From NCBI RefSeq assembly GCF_009914755.1, contig NC_060940.1: a stretch of 64,000 nt of DNA. The stretch is one strand, 5' to 3'. This DNA is from the human T2T-CHM13v2.0 reference genome, Homo sapiens. Positions within the stretch are counted from its first letter, which is position 1, and each line of letters starts with the position of its first letter. Both the position numbers and the translations under genes were made by a program. The notes beneath the pieces are model-generated. The model was given only the letters and a program-made list of their open reading frames with translations. It searched no databases and had not been told where the DNA came from. This document shows, piece after piece, positions 42,278 through 56,970 of the stretch.

Positions 42278-44424
42278 CGACGGCGGCTGCTGGCCTCAGA
42301 GAGCTTCAGTTGGGAGCCAGAAAGAGCTTCCTGTTAACAGGCAAATGCTGAATAGGCAGGCAGAGGCAGCAGAGTTACTGAAGAACAGCATCAGAACAAT
42401 ATTCTCAAAGGAATTGACTAAGCAAGACTTTCCTGTTCTGATTTACATAAGAAGCTGATGATTAACTATTGAGCTGGGGAAAGATAATTTGATAGGCTTT
42501 GGACTTCCGGGATGGGGGAAACAGAAAAGACATTCCAGACCAGGCAAGACATTTTAAGATTATGAGTTCTAGAGACCCAAGGATGAATGAGGTTTCCAGA
42601 CCTGCCTGTGATGCCAGAAAGACACAGTGCAGGTCAGAGAAGCTGAGAAGTTTCTGAGAAGAGGAAGAAGATTGCTGCTGGGACAAGCGAGTGGCTCTGA
42701 AGGCACAAGCACTGCCAGCTCAGACAAGCAGCCCGGCTGGCCCTGCCAACAAGAGTCTTCAATGGCCATTTGGTCTACAGCCTCCTTGGCAACCTTGAGG
42801 CTTCTTCGATTATATTATTTCCCCTCTGGCCCTTCATAGTTGCCACCGAAAAGATTCTCCCTGGCCTTCAAATCTGTCCCTTCATCTGACCAGAAATATT
42901 ATCAAGTCTGTACACCACTGCTCACCCAACTGTTTTAAAGCACTTCACACAAACTAGCTTGTTGCCAACACCACCACCCCCATTTTGGATGTCTTTCTTC
43001 TCCAGCTTCTTCTTTAAAATCCAATTTAACTGCCACCTCTTCCGAGAACCTTCCCCTGATTCTCCTGAACTTTTTAGTGCTTTGCTTTTCCAACCTCTCT
43101 TATTTTCTAACAAATTGTAGCCATGACTGTCTTCCTCCTTGGAGTACACCTAGGACTTTTCCATGTACATATTCATCACAGCTTCTTACTTGTGCCCTGT
43201 GGCTTCCCAAAGCTCAGCCCTAGACCTTCTGTCTTCACAATTTGTACCATTCCCACTACCAAATTGACTATCAATTTACTTGATTTTTTTTCTTTAAATT
43301 GACATTTTTTAAAAGCTGTTATTAAAGAAAATTGTATCTACCTAGTGCAATAAGAAAGAGCTTTTGGGAAGAGCAAGCCAATATATGTTGCATTTCTATA
43401 CCACAAAACCATTCCCTTTGCCTCTAGCAACCATTACAACGAAAGGGTGGTGTATGGTGGAGAAGATCCCCAAAGTAAGACAAACAGGAAAATCCGGCCT
43501 TTCTGTACAGTGGATTTTGGAAAGGAGAAGGGAACAGAGGTAGGGAAAGCATGTGTGATGCAAAGTGCCCTGACTCCCCCTCTTAGACATAGGTCCTAAA
43601 GGGATACAGCGATGAGGTAAAGTGATGGGGTGCAGTGATGGGCTGAAATGTGTGCTAAGGATGAAAAGTGTGCTAAGTAGTGAAGGGTTCTCCAGGAGGA
43701 TAGTGACAGAAGGGTTCCACATCTCAACCAACCTGGGGCAGCCACAGCAGAGCAGAAGTGGTTGGGCTAAGAGAGATCTCAGGGGGTGGTCCTATTTCCC
43801 TTGGATCCCAAATTCCTTGAAATTGATCCAGACATCACCGTGTGGCTTCGAAGAAAACTTGGAGGTGACTACCAACCTGGCTGGGAGCTAGAGGAGGAGG
43901 AAGGCAGGGGGCTACAGAGATGCTTCATGGACTCGAGAACAGAGTGAAACCACAACCTGGCCTGTGCTGGAGCACAGTGTTGAGCACTGGGCAGGGTGAG
44001 GTAGGGCACTGAGTCAGTCAGGGGGAATCAGTGGGCTTTGATCAAGATGAGAGGACAGACCATGAGCTCACCACTTAAGAATTCATCCTCCTCCCAGGAA
44101 CCCCGGCAGTGGGACATTGCTGTGGAGACCACAACAACGCAAGGACTTCTGCAAGTGGGTCCAAGCTCCCTCTGCCCTCCCACTCATGTGGTCCTATTAG
44201 CATCCCATAACTCACACAGCCAGACACCATCTTGGCAAGGAGTGCGGGTGGGGTGGGGAGCAAATATGAGAGGCTATGGATTTATTTGAAGTGATTATGC
44301 TATCTAAAGAAACTGTTTAAATTACTGAATAGGACTTTACCAGATTGAGTTAGATGTAATTGTCTATCATTAACCAGAGAGGCGAAGAATTCTCCTTGCT
44401 AAAAATGGAAATTAACAAGCATTA

Positions 44425-44470
44425 CATGTATACATATGTGTGTGTGTGTATATATATATATGTGTGTGTG

Positions 44471-44513
<43 letters not shown>
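44425..44513. repeat. (TA)n/(TG)n compound microsatellite
   Basis: Direct reading. Confidence 0.95.
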
Positions 44514-45584
44514 GACATGCTATAATACCACCAAAGTCTTACTCTTCCACAAAATCAGAATGCAAAGAGAACTATAGAGGAAATGGTTTCCTAATGAAAT
44601 GTCTTCTATTTGCTGTTCTCTCTAGGTACCACTTCTGTCGCAGGCCCCTAATGCACAGGACCTACTCTGTGAGGAACACTGATAATGTAAGGAATCAATG
44701 CCTCTAGACTTCATTTATAGGATGCCTTACAGGTACCAGACCCTGGGCTAAATGCTTTATTTGCATCTATTACCTAATTTAATGTGATTAGTCTCATTTT
44801 GTAGATGAGGAAACTGATATTTTGCAAGGTAGGATTACTGGTCCAATATCACAAAGCTGAGAAGCAGAACAGCTGGAACTAAAGCCCAGGTTTCCTGCCC
44901 TCGAGCTGCAGGCTTTGCAATTCGGGGAGGAGGGAGTAGGAAAGGAGCGGCAATAGAAAGATCTGGGAGGATGTGCTGGCTTCTGCAGTTATTGGGCCAT
45001 GAAAAATTACTCAATCTTCTAGAAAGCTGAATAACCACTTGACATCACCTCCTTGGACCTTGATGTCCCCATTAGTAGCACAGGCCAGTGGCCTGGATGG
45101 CCCCTGGGAGACACAGACCTTTGATAGGCTCTCCCTGTTCTCCCAGATTGCTCTGCTGAAACCCTGAGGGAGAAAACCAAGATGAGGGCTAAGGGCTTGT
45201 TCTTTAAGCAGCTTGGCTTAAAACATAGGTTAATCTACCCCTGCTGATAGGTGGTAAAAATCAAAGCCCACTTTTGAATTCTCATAAAGGGAGGCTAAAG
45301 GAACCTTGAAGGTACAAGAGCAATGGCAGCTGCCTCAGGGTGGAAACCAGCCTGTAGGTGGACAAAACAAAGGAGTGGTGCTCTGGTGCTGGAATCAGGT
45401 CACCGGGCAATGCCCCACAGACCACACATGGACCCACAGCTGGGAAGCCTTAGAGCTTCCATCTCATAACCTGTTTCTCCAAACACCTCTCACATTCATA
45501 TTAAACCCAAACATTTTAACTTGACCTTCAAATCTTTTCTCATCTGGCTCCATTCTACAATTCCAAACTAATGCCTCATTGCAA

Positions 45585-46585
45585 CCCCACTGCTACCCCA
45601 TCACTGTACCCCCACCACTACCCCCACCACTGCACCCCATCACTGCACCCCACCACTGCACCCCATTTCTACAGCCCATTGCTGCACCTCATCTCTGCAT
45701 CCCACCACTGCACCCATCACTACACCCCATTGCAGCACCCCATGACTGCACCCCCACCACTGCACACCACCACTGCATCTCACCACTGAACCCCATCACT
45801 GCACCTCCACCATTAACCCATCGCTGTACCCTACCACTGCACTCCATCACTACACCCATCACTGCACCCCCACCACTACCTCCATCACTGCATCCCACCA
45901 CTGCACCCCCACCATTTAACCACCATCACTGCACCCTACCACTGCACCCCATCACTGCACCTCCCACTGCACCCCATCACTGCACCCCATTTCTACAGCC
46001 CATTGCTGCACCCCATCACTGTATCCCACCACTTCACCCCATCACTGCACCCCATTGCTGCACCCCATCACTGCACCCACATCACTGCACCCCATCACTG
46101 CACCTCCATCATTATCCCATCGCTGTACCCTACCACTGCACCCCACCACTGCACCCCACCATTGCACCTCCACTGCTACCCCATCACTGCACCCCACCAC
46201 TGCACTCCACCAATGCTCCCCATTTCTATAGTCCATTGCTGCACTCCATCACTGCACCCCATCACTGCACCCTACCACTGTACCCCTAACAGTGTACCTC
46301 ACCACTGCACCTCCACCACTGCACCCCACCACTGCACTGCATCACTGCATTCCATCACTGCAACCCCACCATTGTACTACATCACTGTACCCCCATTACT
46401 GCGCCCTACCACTGAACTCTCACCAATATACTTCATCACTGTACCCCACCTCTGCAGGCCACTATCTCCCATCCCTGCAAGCCCATGACTGCACCCTATC
46501 ACTGCATCCCATCTCTGTATCTCATCACTGCACCCCATCACTGTACCTCCACTCCTGCATCTCATCACTGCACCCCCATCACTAT
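45585..46585. repeat. ~1 kb degenerate minisatellite, ~13-bp unit CACTGCACCCCA(T/C)
   Basis: Unit visible throughout; higher-order blocks such as ccccatttcta(c/t)ag(c/t)ccattgctgcac recur at ~45661, ~45985 and ~46218. Confidence 0.95.
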
Positions 46586-46634
46586 ATCCAGTGTTTATTA
46601 TGTTTTCCTCCCCTGGAGTGTTTTGCCTTGAATT

Positions 46635-46927
<293 letters not shown>

Positions 46928-49900
46928 TAGGTGACTTCTTTACCCAATGAAATCCTAAAGATTGTCTTAAAGATTCCATGAAAAACCACTTCTTCCATGC
47001 AGGCCTCCTCTCTAGAATCATTCTCCTCTTCCTGCCCATGCACTTTTTGATGACTCTATTATTTACAATACCCTGCCCTTGTTCTATAGGTGGTATACCC
47101 AATGATAATGATGACGATGACTAAGACAAGGACCATGTGATCTCTCATGCAGGTCACAAAACTTCAGCCCACCTCGGATTTAAGCCATGGCTGCAGTGGA
47201 CAGTAGTGTGCAGGCCCAGCCTCCCCTTGCACTGACAGCATACCACCTGAAGCATGGTTGGGCCCTGGCTTTCTATTTTCTGCCCCAGGGCAGAAATGTC
47301 CCTTCTGTCTTTGCTCAAGTGAGACCAGAATTACAGGACAGATGGAGTCCCCCAGGAGGAACCCTCAACAGAAGGGTCATGAGAGCTGAGGGAGCTCTGA
47401 GGTATTCTGTGTGCTGCATGAAAGTCCTAGGAAGTGGGGCTCCCATTGCTCACAGCATCAGTCTCAGGAACACCCCCTCGTCTCACCTTCCCTCCTCCCC
47501 TCCACCCTTGCTCCTGAGTAATCTACCTTTTTACCCAAATCCCTGCCTCAGGCTCTGCTTTCAGGCACACAAACCAAGTCAGTCGGTATGAGAAGGAGAC
47601 CTAGACAGCAGACCCTCAGTGAGATTCTGAAACTGGATCTCCCCCCTAGTCAGACAGCATCCTGTTACTAAGACTGTCAGTGGTGGACTGGGATGTGGTT
47701 CAGAGGAGTGGGCTGCACTGAGGCGTGCATTAACACTAGCACCTCTAGGTATAGAGGCAAGGGTAATTACAAGTATTGTGGTGATGGCTGCCTTTTGTTA
47801 ACTGCCTTGGAAACCTTGAAGAAAATGGCAGTCTCTGTTAATCAGCTATCAATACAGAGTACACTGTGAAAATCAGAAGGCCTCCTAGCAGCTTTTAAAG
47901 ATAGCTGTGTCTCCTGGAACCATAGTTTGACTATGCTGAAAATTAGACCCAGAGTCTAAGGTTCTCTGAGACTATAGGAGTAAAGGTAAGGTTGAGCCTA
48001 TAGCCTTGAAAAATCTCCTAAGTTAAAGTTAGGTCACCAACAGGGAATGATTGAGACCCTGAGACGTGGAATTGGGACATCTGGATGGATGCATTTGAGA
48101 ACTATGAATACCTGGCTTCTCCTAAACTCTCCAGCCTGGCAGAAGGAAGCCTCTCCTTACTAGGAGACACAAGACACTTGTACTCTGGTAACAATGCATA
48201 GACTTGACCTGTGATAGATGCTTCCCAAGATAAAGCTTTTCCTCATCAAGATCACCCAATCCACTCATTCTCCCAAGCCAGTAACCAGGGCCAGGCTTAA
48301 GCACAGCTTAAACAAGAACATGAGTCCCTTCCCCAGGAGAAAAGGGATTTCCTAGTGAATGAATCGCGTGATGTGGCTATTATGTCCTGATAGGAACAGA
48401 GAAAAACATGCATGGAGGTTGGTCTTGAGGGTGGTAAGCCTGAGGGGTGGAGCAGAAGGTAATACTGGGTAGGAGAGAATTTATTAGCACAAGAGCACAT
48501 TCTCATGATGCAGGACTTACTGTATTCAAGAATGCCTCGGGCAGATGCTAATATGCTATGAGAGTGGACCCATGAAGCAGGGACATGATGACAGCCTACA
48601 GCAAATGCAATGGAGATGTTAGAATTAGCCAATTCGAATGGCCAAGTATTGATGAAGAGATGAGAAGGTTCAGGGATGTGGAACTGTTAAAATAAATACA
48701 TCTCCTAGAATGAGGGACTCACTACCTGATAATGTTTCCTGAGAGTGACAGAGGATCCCTTCACTAAGGCAGTAAAGAATTTGCTAGGCAGGAAGGAATT
48801 ATTTGAGAAGCTCAGTGGTGATAATCCTTGTTAGCTACCATAGAAATGGGATCCCTAGTATCGGTGTGAATGAGTCTGGAATAGCAGAGGCCAGGTTGTG
48901 CTGCATAACCAGAGGTAAGGTGGAAATAATTACCTTAATGGGCAAAAAAACCAGAGTGGCAACCAGGATGCCTTGTCCCACAGAGATCTATGACAATGGC
49001 TAATAGGTCATGGTAATCCTAGAAGTAAAGTAGACAGGCAGCCAACTTGAATGTTGTTTAACTTGTAAAATCAGAGAAAGTCAAGAGGTGATGATTAGAA
49101 GTTTATGTCGGCCATAACAATGAAAAATCCCTTACTAGATCTTTCCAGATCTGAACCACTTGTCAAACCTACTGAGCTCATTGTTTTAAGGAGTCTGGGT
49201 CCTTCAAGAGAGGACTATGCAATGTCACTATAAATATATAACTATAAACATACCCCCAGTCCTTCCTAAAAGAGATTTATAGCCAGGACTTATCTCCTAA
49301 TGGAAAGTTCTGGATGCATGGTCACTTGGTGTCCATGGTCCAGCATTTTTTTGATACCAGGACCCACTAATGCACAGAGGCGATTCTCAAAGGGGTTTAA
49401 TTCCCTAATGTAGTAGGCATGGCCTTACACCAGAATTGCAGGGACCACATCATGATCTTCCCACTGGAGCTTGCCATGAGCTCCACCTGCACCTTCTCCT
49501 ATCCCTGACGTTTCCACCGTCACAGGCCTGCCAAATCATATCACCTAGGCAACAGGACTGATTGATCCACAGCCTGGACTTGCCAGTGCCATTTCTTCTT
49601 CAGACCCTACCCCACTCAAACCTGGTGGTCTTTCATGTGATCTGGAATTTGGGCTAGAGCCACATGTCTAGGTGTGGAATGTGCTGCCTTCACATACCAA
49701 GGAGACTTTGCCTCCTTCTTTTTAGCAAGAGTTGCAAGACAGTTAGATTTTTCTTCTACTTTAGTGGAGAAATCCTAGCATGTTCTGCCCATGGGATTCC
49801 TAAAACCTTCACTGAAATGTCCCTTCCTTGAGTTTCCAAAGGGCTTATCTCCCACCCTCTGGAGCACAAAGCCTCCAGAGGGCTGGCCACCTCTTGCTCA

Positions 49901-50018
49901 TCCTGTCCATTGAGCATGAAGTTGTAAATGTAACATGTGAGCGTGATGTTCTTGGGACATCCAGGCAGTGAAATGGACTATATTGTGAGAGGCAGCTAAC
50001 CCTGTAACTGAATATTTT

Positions 50019-50280
50019 TCATCCCATGTAGATGCGAATTGTTCTAGTTGGAATGGATAAGATTGAGTTCACCAAATCTACAGCTGCAGCATACGTTATA
50101 GCAGAAGCCTTATTCACCTGCTCAAGCAGGGATGCCACACCTAGCACAGCAGCTATGATCAGAGTTACCGCTTGGTTGAGTGTGTGGTAGTCTACAGTCA
50201 TTCTCCAGGGGCTGTTCAACTTCTGCAGCAGCCAGACTGATGAATCGAATGGAATTGTGAAAGGCACCACCACCATTGCA
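50019..50280 (-). pseudogene. ERVL pol reverse-transcriptase fragment ([36 protein letters not shown])
   Basis: Resembles the ERVL RT motif SPFNSPxWPVQKxDGSWRMTVDYRKLNQVVTPIAAAV; interrupted upstream by an Alu. Confidence 0.85.
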
Positions 50281-50287
50281 TCTTTTT

Positions 50288-50600
<313 letters not shown>

Positions 50601-51625
50601 CACCGTTGCATCTTTTAGGTCTTTAACAGTGGTGCTAATCTCTGCTATATCCCTCTCTGAGGATACAATATTGTTTTTTCTTTACTAACTTGGCCATGAA
50701 GTGGGAGCCTATTGGCTTCTGGCAGTTTCAGAGGTTTCTATTTCCGCTTCCCCAATGTGATAGCTCTTACCTCACAGACCATGGATTCCTTATTCATTCT
50801 CCAGGGAATCCTGGGAATCCTTGGAGGATTACTCCAAATATATCACTCCCAACTGATGCACCTGGGCACTAGAGAAATGACCACTATTGGTGGGGTCTAT
50901 TGACACAGTGAGCCCACTGTAAGCCAGTCTTTAGCTAAAGTTCCATTCACTACCTGGCTCTCGTAGGTCCCCACTCTAACAGGGGGGTCATGGTGACACT
51001 TTAGGTCTCTACATAGCAATGTCACTTCAGAATCTGTGTCCATTAGTCCTGAAAATATTTGCTCAGTACACAGTCACCCAAATAAACAACCATACATCCC
51101 TTCGGAAAAGAACTAGGAAAATTATCATGGTATATACTTGCTGCAATTGTGCGAAGTCCTTCTTTCTAAGGATCTGGCCACCTTTTCATTCAGCGGTTTC
51201 AAGATCTGACAATTGCCACAGATCTGGGAACTGAGCAAAGATTTGTGGCATTTTACTGGGACAGCTTCCCTCAGCCTTGTGCTACTCCTCCATGCTTGCT
51301 TTATCCTTTATCATGCATGTGAAGCAGCACCTCTGTCGACAGTCTGTCTGTGTTCCCCTATAGATATCACACTCCCTTAACCATCTCCACCACTCCTTAC
51401 AGGTCAAACCCTCTTGTCTGATCCTCTGGCCTTGGTGATCATTAAAGTAATTGCAGCCTCCTGCCTTCTGGCACTTAAGTGCCACTACCCAGCCTCAGGA
51501 TGAGTGACTCTGAGACTCCCCCTCTTCTTCATCAATGTTAATGAACCCAGTTCTACGGCCACCTCTCCTGCCATGTCCCCTGGCCTGCAGAAGAGGGCCA
51601 CCCCACAACCACCACTAAACTTCTT

Positions 51626-51920
51626 CCTTTTTTTTTTGAGACAGGGTCTCGCTGTGTTGCCCAGACTGGAGTGCAATAGCATGATCACAGTTCACATCAG
51701 CCTCAACCTCCTGTGCTCAAGTGATTCTCCTTCCTCAGCCTCCCAAGTAGCTTTGACTACAGGCATGTGCTACCATGCCTGGCTAATTTTTAAATTTTGT
51801 GTAGAGACAGTGCCTCCTTATGTTGCCCAGGTTGGTCTTGAACTCCTTGGCTTAAGTGATCCGCCCACCTAGGCCTTCCAAAGTGCTGGGATTACAGGAG
51901 GGAGCCACTGTGCCCGGCCT
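51626..51920 (-). mobile_element. AluJ-type element with TSD accactaaacttctt
   Basis: TSD at 51611-51625 and 51922-51936. Confidence 0.93.
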
Positions 51921-54900
51921 TACCACTAAACTTCTTAGTGATACTCGTGCTCCTTTCGCCAGCACATTTGTGGTGAAGTCTTCAGACTATAGTCCAACTG
52001 TGTCTGCCCTCCTACTACTGCTGAGAAGGGCCTTTTCTTAATCTTTCCCCAAGGCTGCCTTGATCTCACACTTAGCCATTATCTGCTCATTAACAGCTCT
52101 CTGTCTCTCATTATCCTTCTGCAGTGTGCAGCTTAGCCATACCTGGCCTACTCTACTGCCTTTGTAGGCTTTGTTCTCCATGTATTTTTCAAATACTTAC
52201 ATCATTGCACCTCCTACAGCATTCCCCCTAATGTGGGACATTTTTTTCAGTTCACCACCAGCAAAATCTAGCAATTGAGCCATCACCTTGTGCCTCGTCA
52301 ATCACCCAAGATGATATCCTCCACTCCTGCTAGGAGATCCAGTCCCAGACCCCCATCTTACCACCTGTCTTCCGAGACCACTTTCGTTGGTCTGAGAAGG
52401 ATTAAACGTGCAAAGGAGCTGACATCAAAACAGGATTAAACATGCAAAGATTTTATTAGGGGAGATGCCTATGGATGGGAATTGGGGAGGGAGCCGGGAA
52501 AGTCCAGGAGAGCTGCCAGACTGTGATAGAATCTGCAAAGGAGAGATAACAAGAAGGTTGGGTAAAAGCATCCTAGGCTACCATGAAGACTAAAGAAGGT
52601 CCAGCAAGTGTGTCAGGGAGCCGGGAAGCCTATGTCAATCACTAGAGGAGTCTTGAGTCTCCCAGAAATGGGTCTGCCCTTGTATCCCTGCTACACTCGT
52701 TTGTTAGCTAGGAGCAGCCTGTGGGAAGCATGGCCTTGATGTAAATGTTGTGACAGACTTCAGCAGCAAGGAGCTGGTGCCCTGGTTCAATGATTGGAAG
52801 CCATAGTTGGAAGCCCGCAAAGTTCATTCTCATGGCCACTACCTACTATGGGATATCAAGTGAATAGGCAACCAGAGCCGCCCATTATGAGCTGAGTATT
52901 TTCAGATCCAGCAACAAGATGAGGCAAGCACATTTGGTACATTAGAAATAGTGACTGAGCAAGTCTGGCTAGCACAAGAAAGTTACACACACATGGCTGA
53001 CCCCACGTTGTCTCCCTCTACTGCACCAATGCTTCCCCTCAATCACATCCGTCCACTGCCTCATGGCAGGTTCCCCACGGCTAGCTGGTGGAAGAGGCAA
53101 ACAGGCCTGGTTTACATATGGACTGCCCTAAGAAGATGAGCTAAAATTCAACTGTTACATACCAGCCACTCTCAGGAGTGACCTCAAAAGATAGTGATGA
53201 GAAAAACATCCTCCTGGTGTCCAATTTTAAGCAATATACTTGGTTGCCACTTTAAATAGTCACAAAAGTGAGCTGAGGTAAAGACATACATGATGACTTC
53301 TGAACAGTGGTGAATGGCTTGGCCAATTACTCAGGGGCCTGGGAAGTGACAGATAGGATCCTAAATCAGTGACAAAGAGATGTGAGAAAGAATCATGAGG
53401 ATTCATCTATGGGAGTGGGACAGTGTGTAGATCTTTGTGTTTTATGTTAATGCCCAATAAGAAACTCTACAAACAGAGGGACAAAACTCATCCAAGTCAT
53501 GTCAACCAGCCTCCCTCCTCAGCCATGCAGTTCTTGCACAACGAACCCATGAACAGAATAGCTATGGTGGCTAAGCATGGGCTCTGATTCACCAAGGCTG
53601 ATCTTGGCAATACTGCTCCGAATGCCCACTGGCCAGCAGCAGAAACTAATATGAGCCCTCACCATAGCACTATCCTAAGTGGGAATCAAACTCTCTTTGG
53701 TAACAAGTTGGTTATGTCAGACTCCTAACTCTGGGACATGGGGAGACATGGTGACTCATCCTTACCAGAATTGACACCTACTCAGGATATGGATTTATGG
53801 GTTTGCCTTCCCTGCTCACAGCATCCTTTGTCAACAATACCACCTGAGGGCTCTTGCCTAATCTGTATCATGGGATCCTATGTAATCCCATGATTACATA
53901 GGATGTAATCACATCAACAAAATGGAGCTATTTTGTGGTTAAGGATGGGTCTGTGAACAAATGGCCCCAGGACCCACTGGTCCTACCATATGCTGCATCC
54001 ACTGGAAACAGCATAATAGAACAATGGAAGGTCTATTAGGAGATGTGCTAAGGAATGAACTTGGTATCAACACGCTGCAGGGTTGGAATGTTGTACTACA
54101 GGATGCAGTATATGCTCTATAATACTTGAAATGTGATGCTGTGCCTCAAAGGCTAGAACAGACCAGTCTGAGAATCAAGAGGTGAAAGAAATATTGACCC
54201 CTGTCACCATCACTCTGCATCACTTGCAGAATTTGTGTTTCATGTTCCCCAGAGCCTAGGCTCTGTGGAATATCAGGTCGTTTTCTGGGGGTGGAGGGAT
54301 GCTTCCACGGGTCAACAGTTGACCGGTTGACCCAACAAAGAGTCCACTGAACTTGAAACTAGATCTGCTGCCTGATGACTTCAGACTCTTGTTACCAGTG
54401 GACCAGAGGCAAAAAAAAAAAAAAAAAAGTTACTACACTGATTATCATTAAAAACTAGGGCTGCTGCTATATATAAGGGTGCTTCTATGTTCAGTTAAAG
54501 AAAATTCAATGTGGCAAGCCAAGTCATCCAAGGTCTCAGATCCATCAGGGGTAAGAGTCTGGAGCATCTCACCAGGTAGACTTGGACTCAGGCCCTGTTG
54601 CAGCAATGGATACTGAACTTGTTCTTCTAACTCTGCTGCCTTAGGTCTTTTATGGAGATTGAAGCTGCAACCAGCATGAAGACTATGTGACAGTGTAAAC
54701 TTAATGTGGGTATGAGCAGATCTAAGTGGAGCAAGGAGTGGACGGTAAAAGACATTGTCATGGGTGAAAGGTGACTATCTGAGGCAGTGACTATCTGAGG
54801 CCAAATTTACCAGTTGTGGGTTAAAAAAGGCAGATTTATTAGAGAAAGTATGAAAATATGTTGCAAGGGAGCAATGGGCAGAATCAGCAAGAAAGGAGCT

Positions 54901-56179
54901 GACTCCAGGGAAGCAAAGGCTTGCTGGAAATTTTATAGGATGGTTCTTGAGCGGCCGAGTACTGCATGCAGTACTGATTATGGCAAGGTTACAGGGCACT
55001 AACTTGCAATTTTTCTATCAGCCAAGGGTCTGGTGATACCTGGACATAGGAATATTGTGAGTTATTTGCACAGAAGGGCTGTGTCCTGGACCGTGAAGAA
55101 AGACAAACTTGTAGCTTACCTGCTTTTTCTTTTTGCTTGCTTTCAGTCCTGCCAGCCCAACTCCTTTTTTCTAATTAGGACTCCACAGGTATCTCTGGTG
55201 TTCCACATCTCGTCCTCTCTGCCCACCACTGATTTCAGCTGCAGTTGTTGTAGACTGTACCATGGGAGTACAGATTCCCTTCATGTTGACAAATTTCACC
55301 TCAATTACGGGCCATGCAGCTTTCCGTTTACTGTCCCCAGGCTCCTTCTGATGTTGGAAAGTCTACCTGGCCCATGCACAAGTTAGCACAGAAGGAGCAA
55401 CCTTTAACCAATGGGGCAAGAACCAGTGGATAAAGGCTCCAGCTTCCTGTTATTCAAGCGAACAATTCTAGTAGATATTCTGTTAATTGTCCAGTAGGTC
55501 TCTGGAACTAAGACCCAAGTTGACAATAGCAAAAATCTCAACTAAAGACCCTTACATTCACTTTTCATCCACTACCCTGTCTCATGTTCCCTTATTCCCT
55601 TATTCCTGGGATTGTCTGCTAAATAAACTACCTGAACCTTAGTCTTTGTCTCAGGCTCTGCTTTTCGGGGAATCCAGACTAAGATTTCCATTTTCATTTA
55701 TTGGTTGTGTCAGTCACTGTGCTAAGCACTTTGCAAGCATGTCACATTGAATCTTCACAAAATGCTATGGAGTTGATTCTATTGTTATTCTAATTATAGA
55801 TGACAAGGCTAAGACACAGAAAGGTTAAGTGAAGGTCACAGAGCTGGTCTTCAAATCTAGATCTCTGTCTGACTCTAGCTTTAACCATCATGCTATTCGG
55901 CCTTTCCCACCAAGGTATGAACTGCATGAGGGCAGGGACATTTTGGGTTCACTTTGCACCCTCAGTGACCAGCTCAGAACCTGAGAGAAGCACTTTAACA
56001 AATGTTACATTTAAAATTATAATGTGCTTCTCTCTTTAATTTGACAGTTAAAGGGGAGCTTTACTCAAAAGTAGCCTAGAATGACCTAAACCCAGGAAAA
56101 TATTCAACCCTGAAACCTGCTAGGACTCAAAATGGGCCAAACTGGATACGGGCCTAAGACATAGAAAAAAAAAAAAAGG

Positions 56180-56970
56180 TATTTTTTCCTCTCCATTCTC
56201 ATACACCATTCAACGCAATGCTTCTGACACCAAATGTGTGTATTTCCCCATACACCAAGACATTCTCCAAGAAATGCCAGCTGGGTATCTTCTAATGCAA
56301 TTCAGTTCTGACACTATCTACCTGGAGACAGCAGCAAATCCCACAGGTTGGGGGCTCAGTCCCATAAGCCTGCTCCCCACTTCAGATGCCAGTTGCAAGT
56401 AGTAGGTTGTGACTCTTACCAGCTATAAATTGGGATTCCCATGACCCCTCCTTAGATTCAATTAATTTGCTAGAATGGCTCACAGAACTCAAGTCAACAC
56501 TTTACTCACTTATTGGAAAGGATATTACAAAGGATACAAGTGAACAGCCAGATGAAAGAGATGCACAGAGCAAGGTATCTGGGAAGGGGCATAGAGCGTC
56601 TATGCCCTCTCTGGTAGGCCACCTGCCCCACCCCTGACCCTAAACCTCCACATGTTCAGCTATCCAGAAGCTCTCCCAACCCAGTCCTTTTTTTTTTTAA
56701 TGGAGGCTTTATTTTGTAGGCATGATTGATTACGTCATTGGCCATTGATAATTAACCCAACTTTCAATGTCTCTCCCTTACCCTCTAATCACATGGTTGG
56801 TTCCCTTGGTGACCAGCTCCCATCCTCTGGCTATCTGGGAGCCCCCAGCCATCAGTCATCTCATTAGAATACAAAAGACACTCTTATTGCTCTAAGTATT
56901 TAAGAGGTTTTAGGAGCTTTAGGTTAGGAAATGAAGGATGAAGATCACTTATATATTTCACAATATCACA
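56180..56970. mobile_element. MER21-like LTR
   Basis: cttctgacaccaaatgtgtg...caattcagttctgacactatctacctggag...cccacaggttgggggctcagtccc...cacaatatcaca. Confidence 0.75.
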
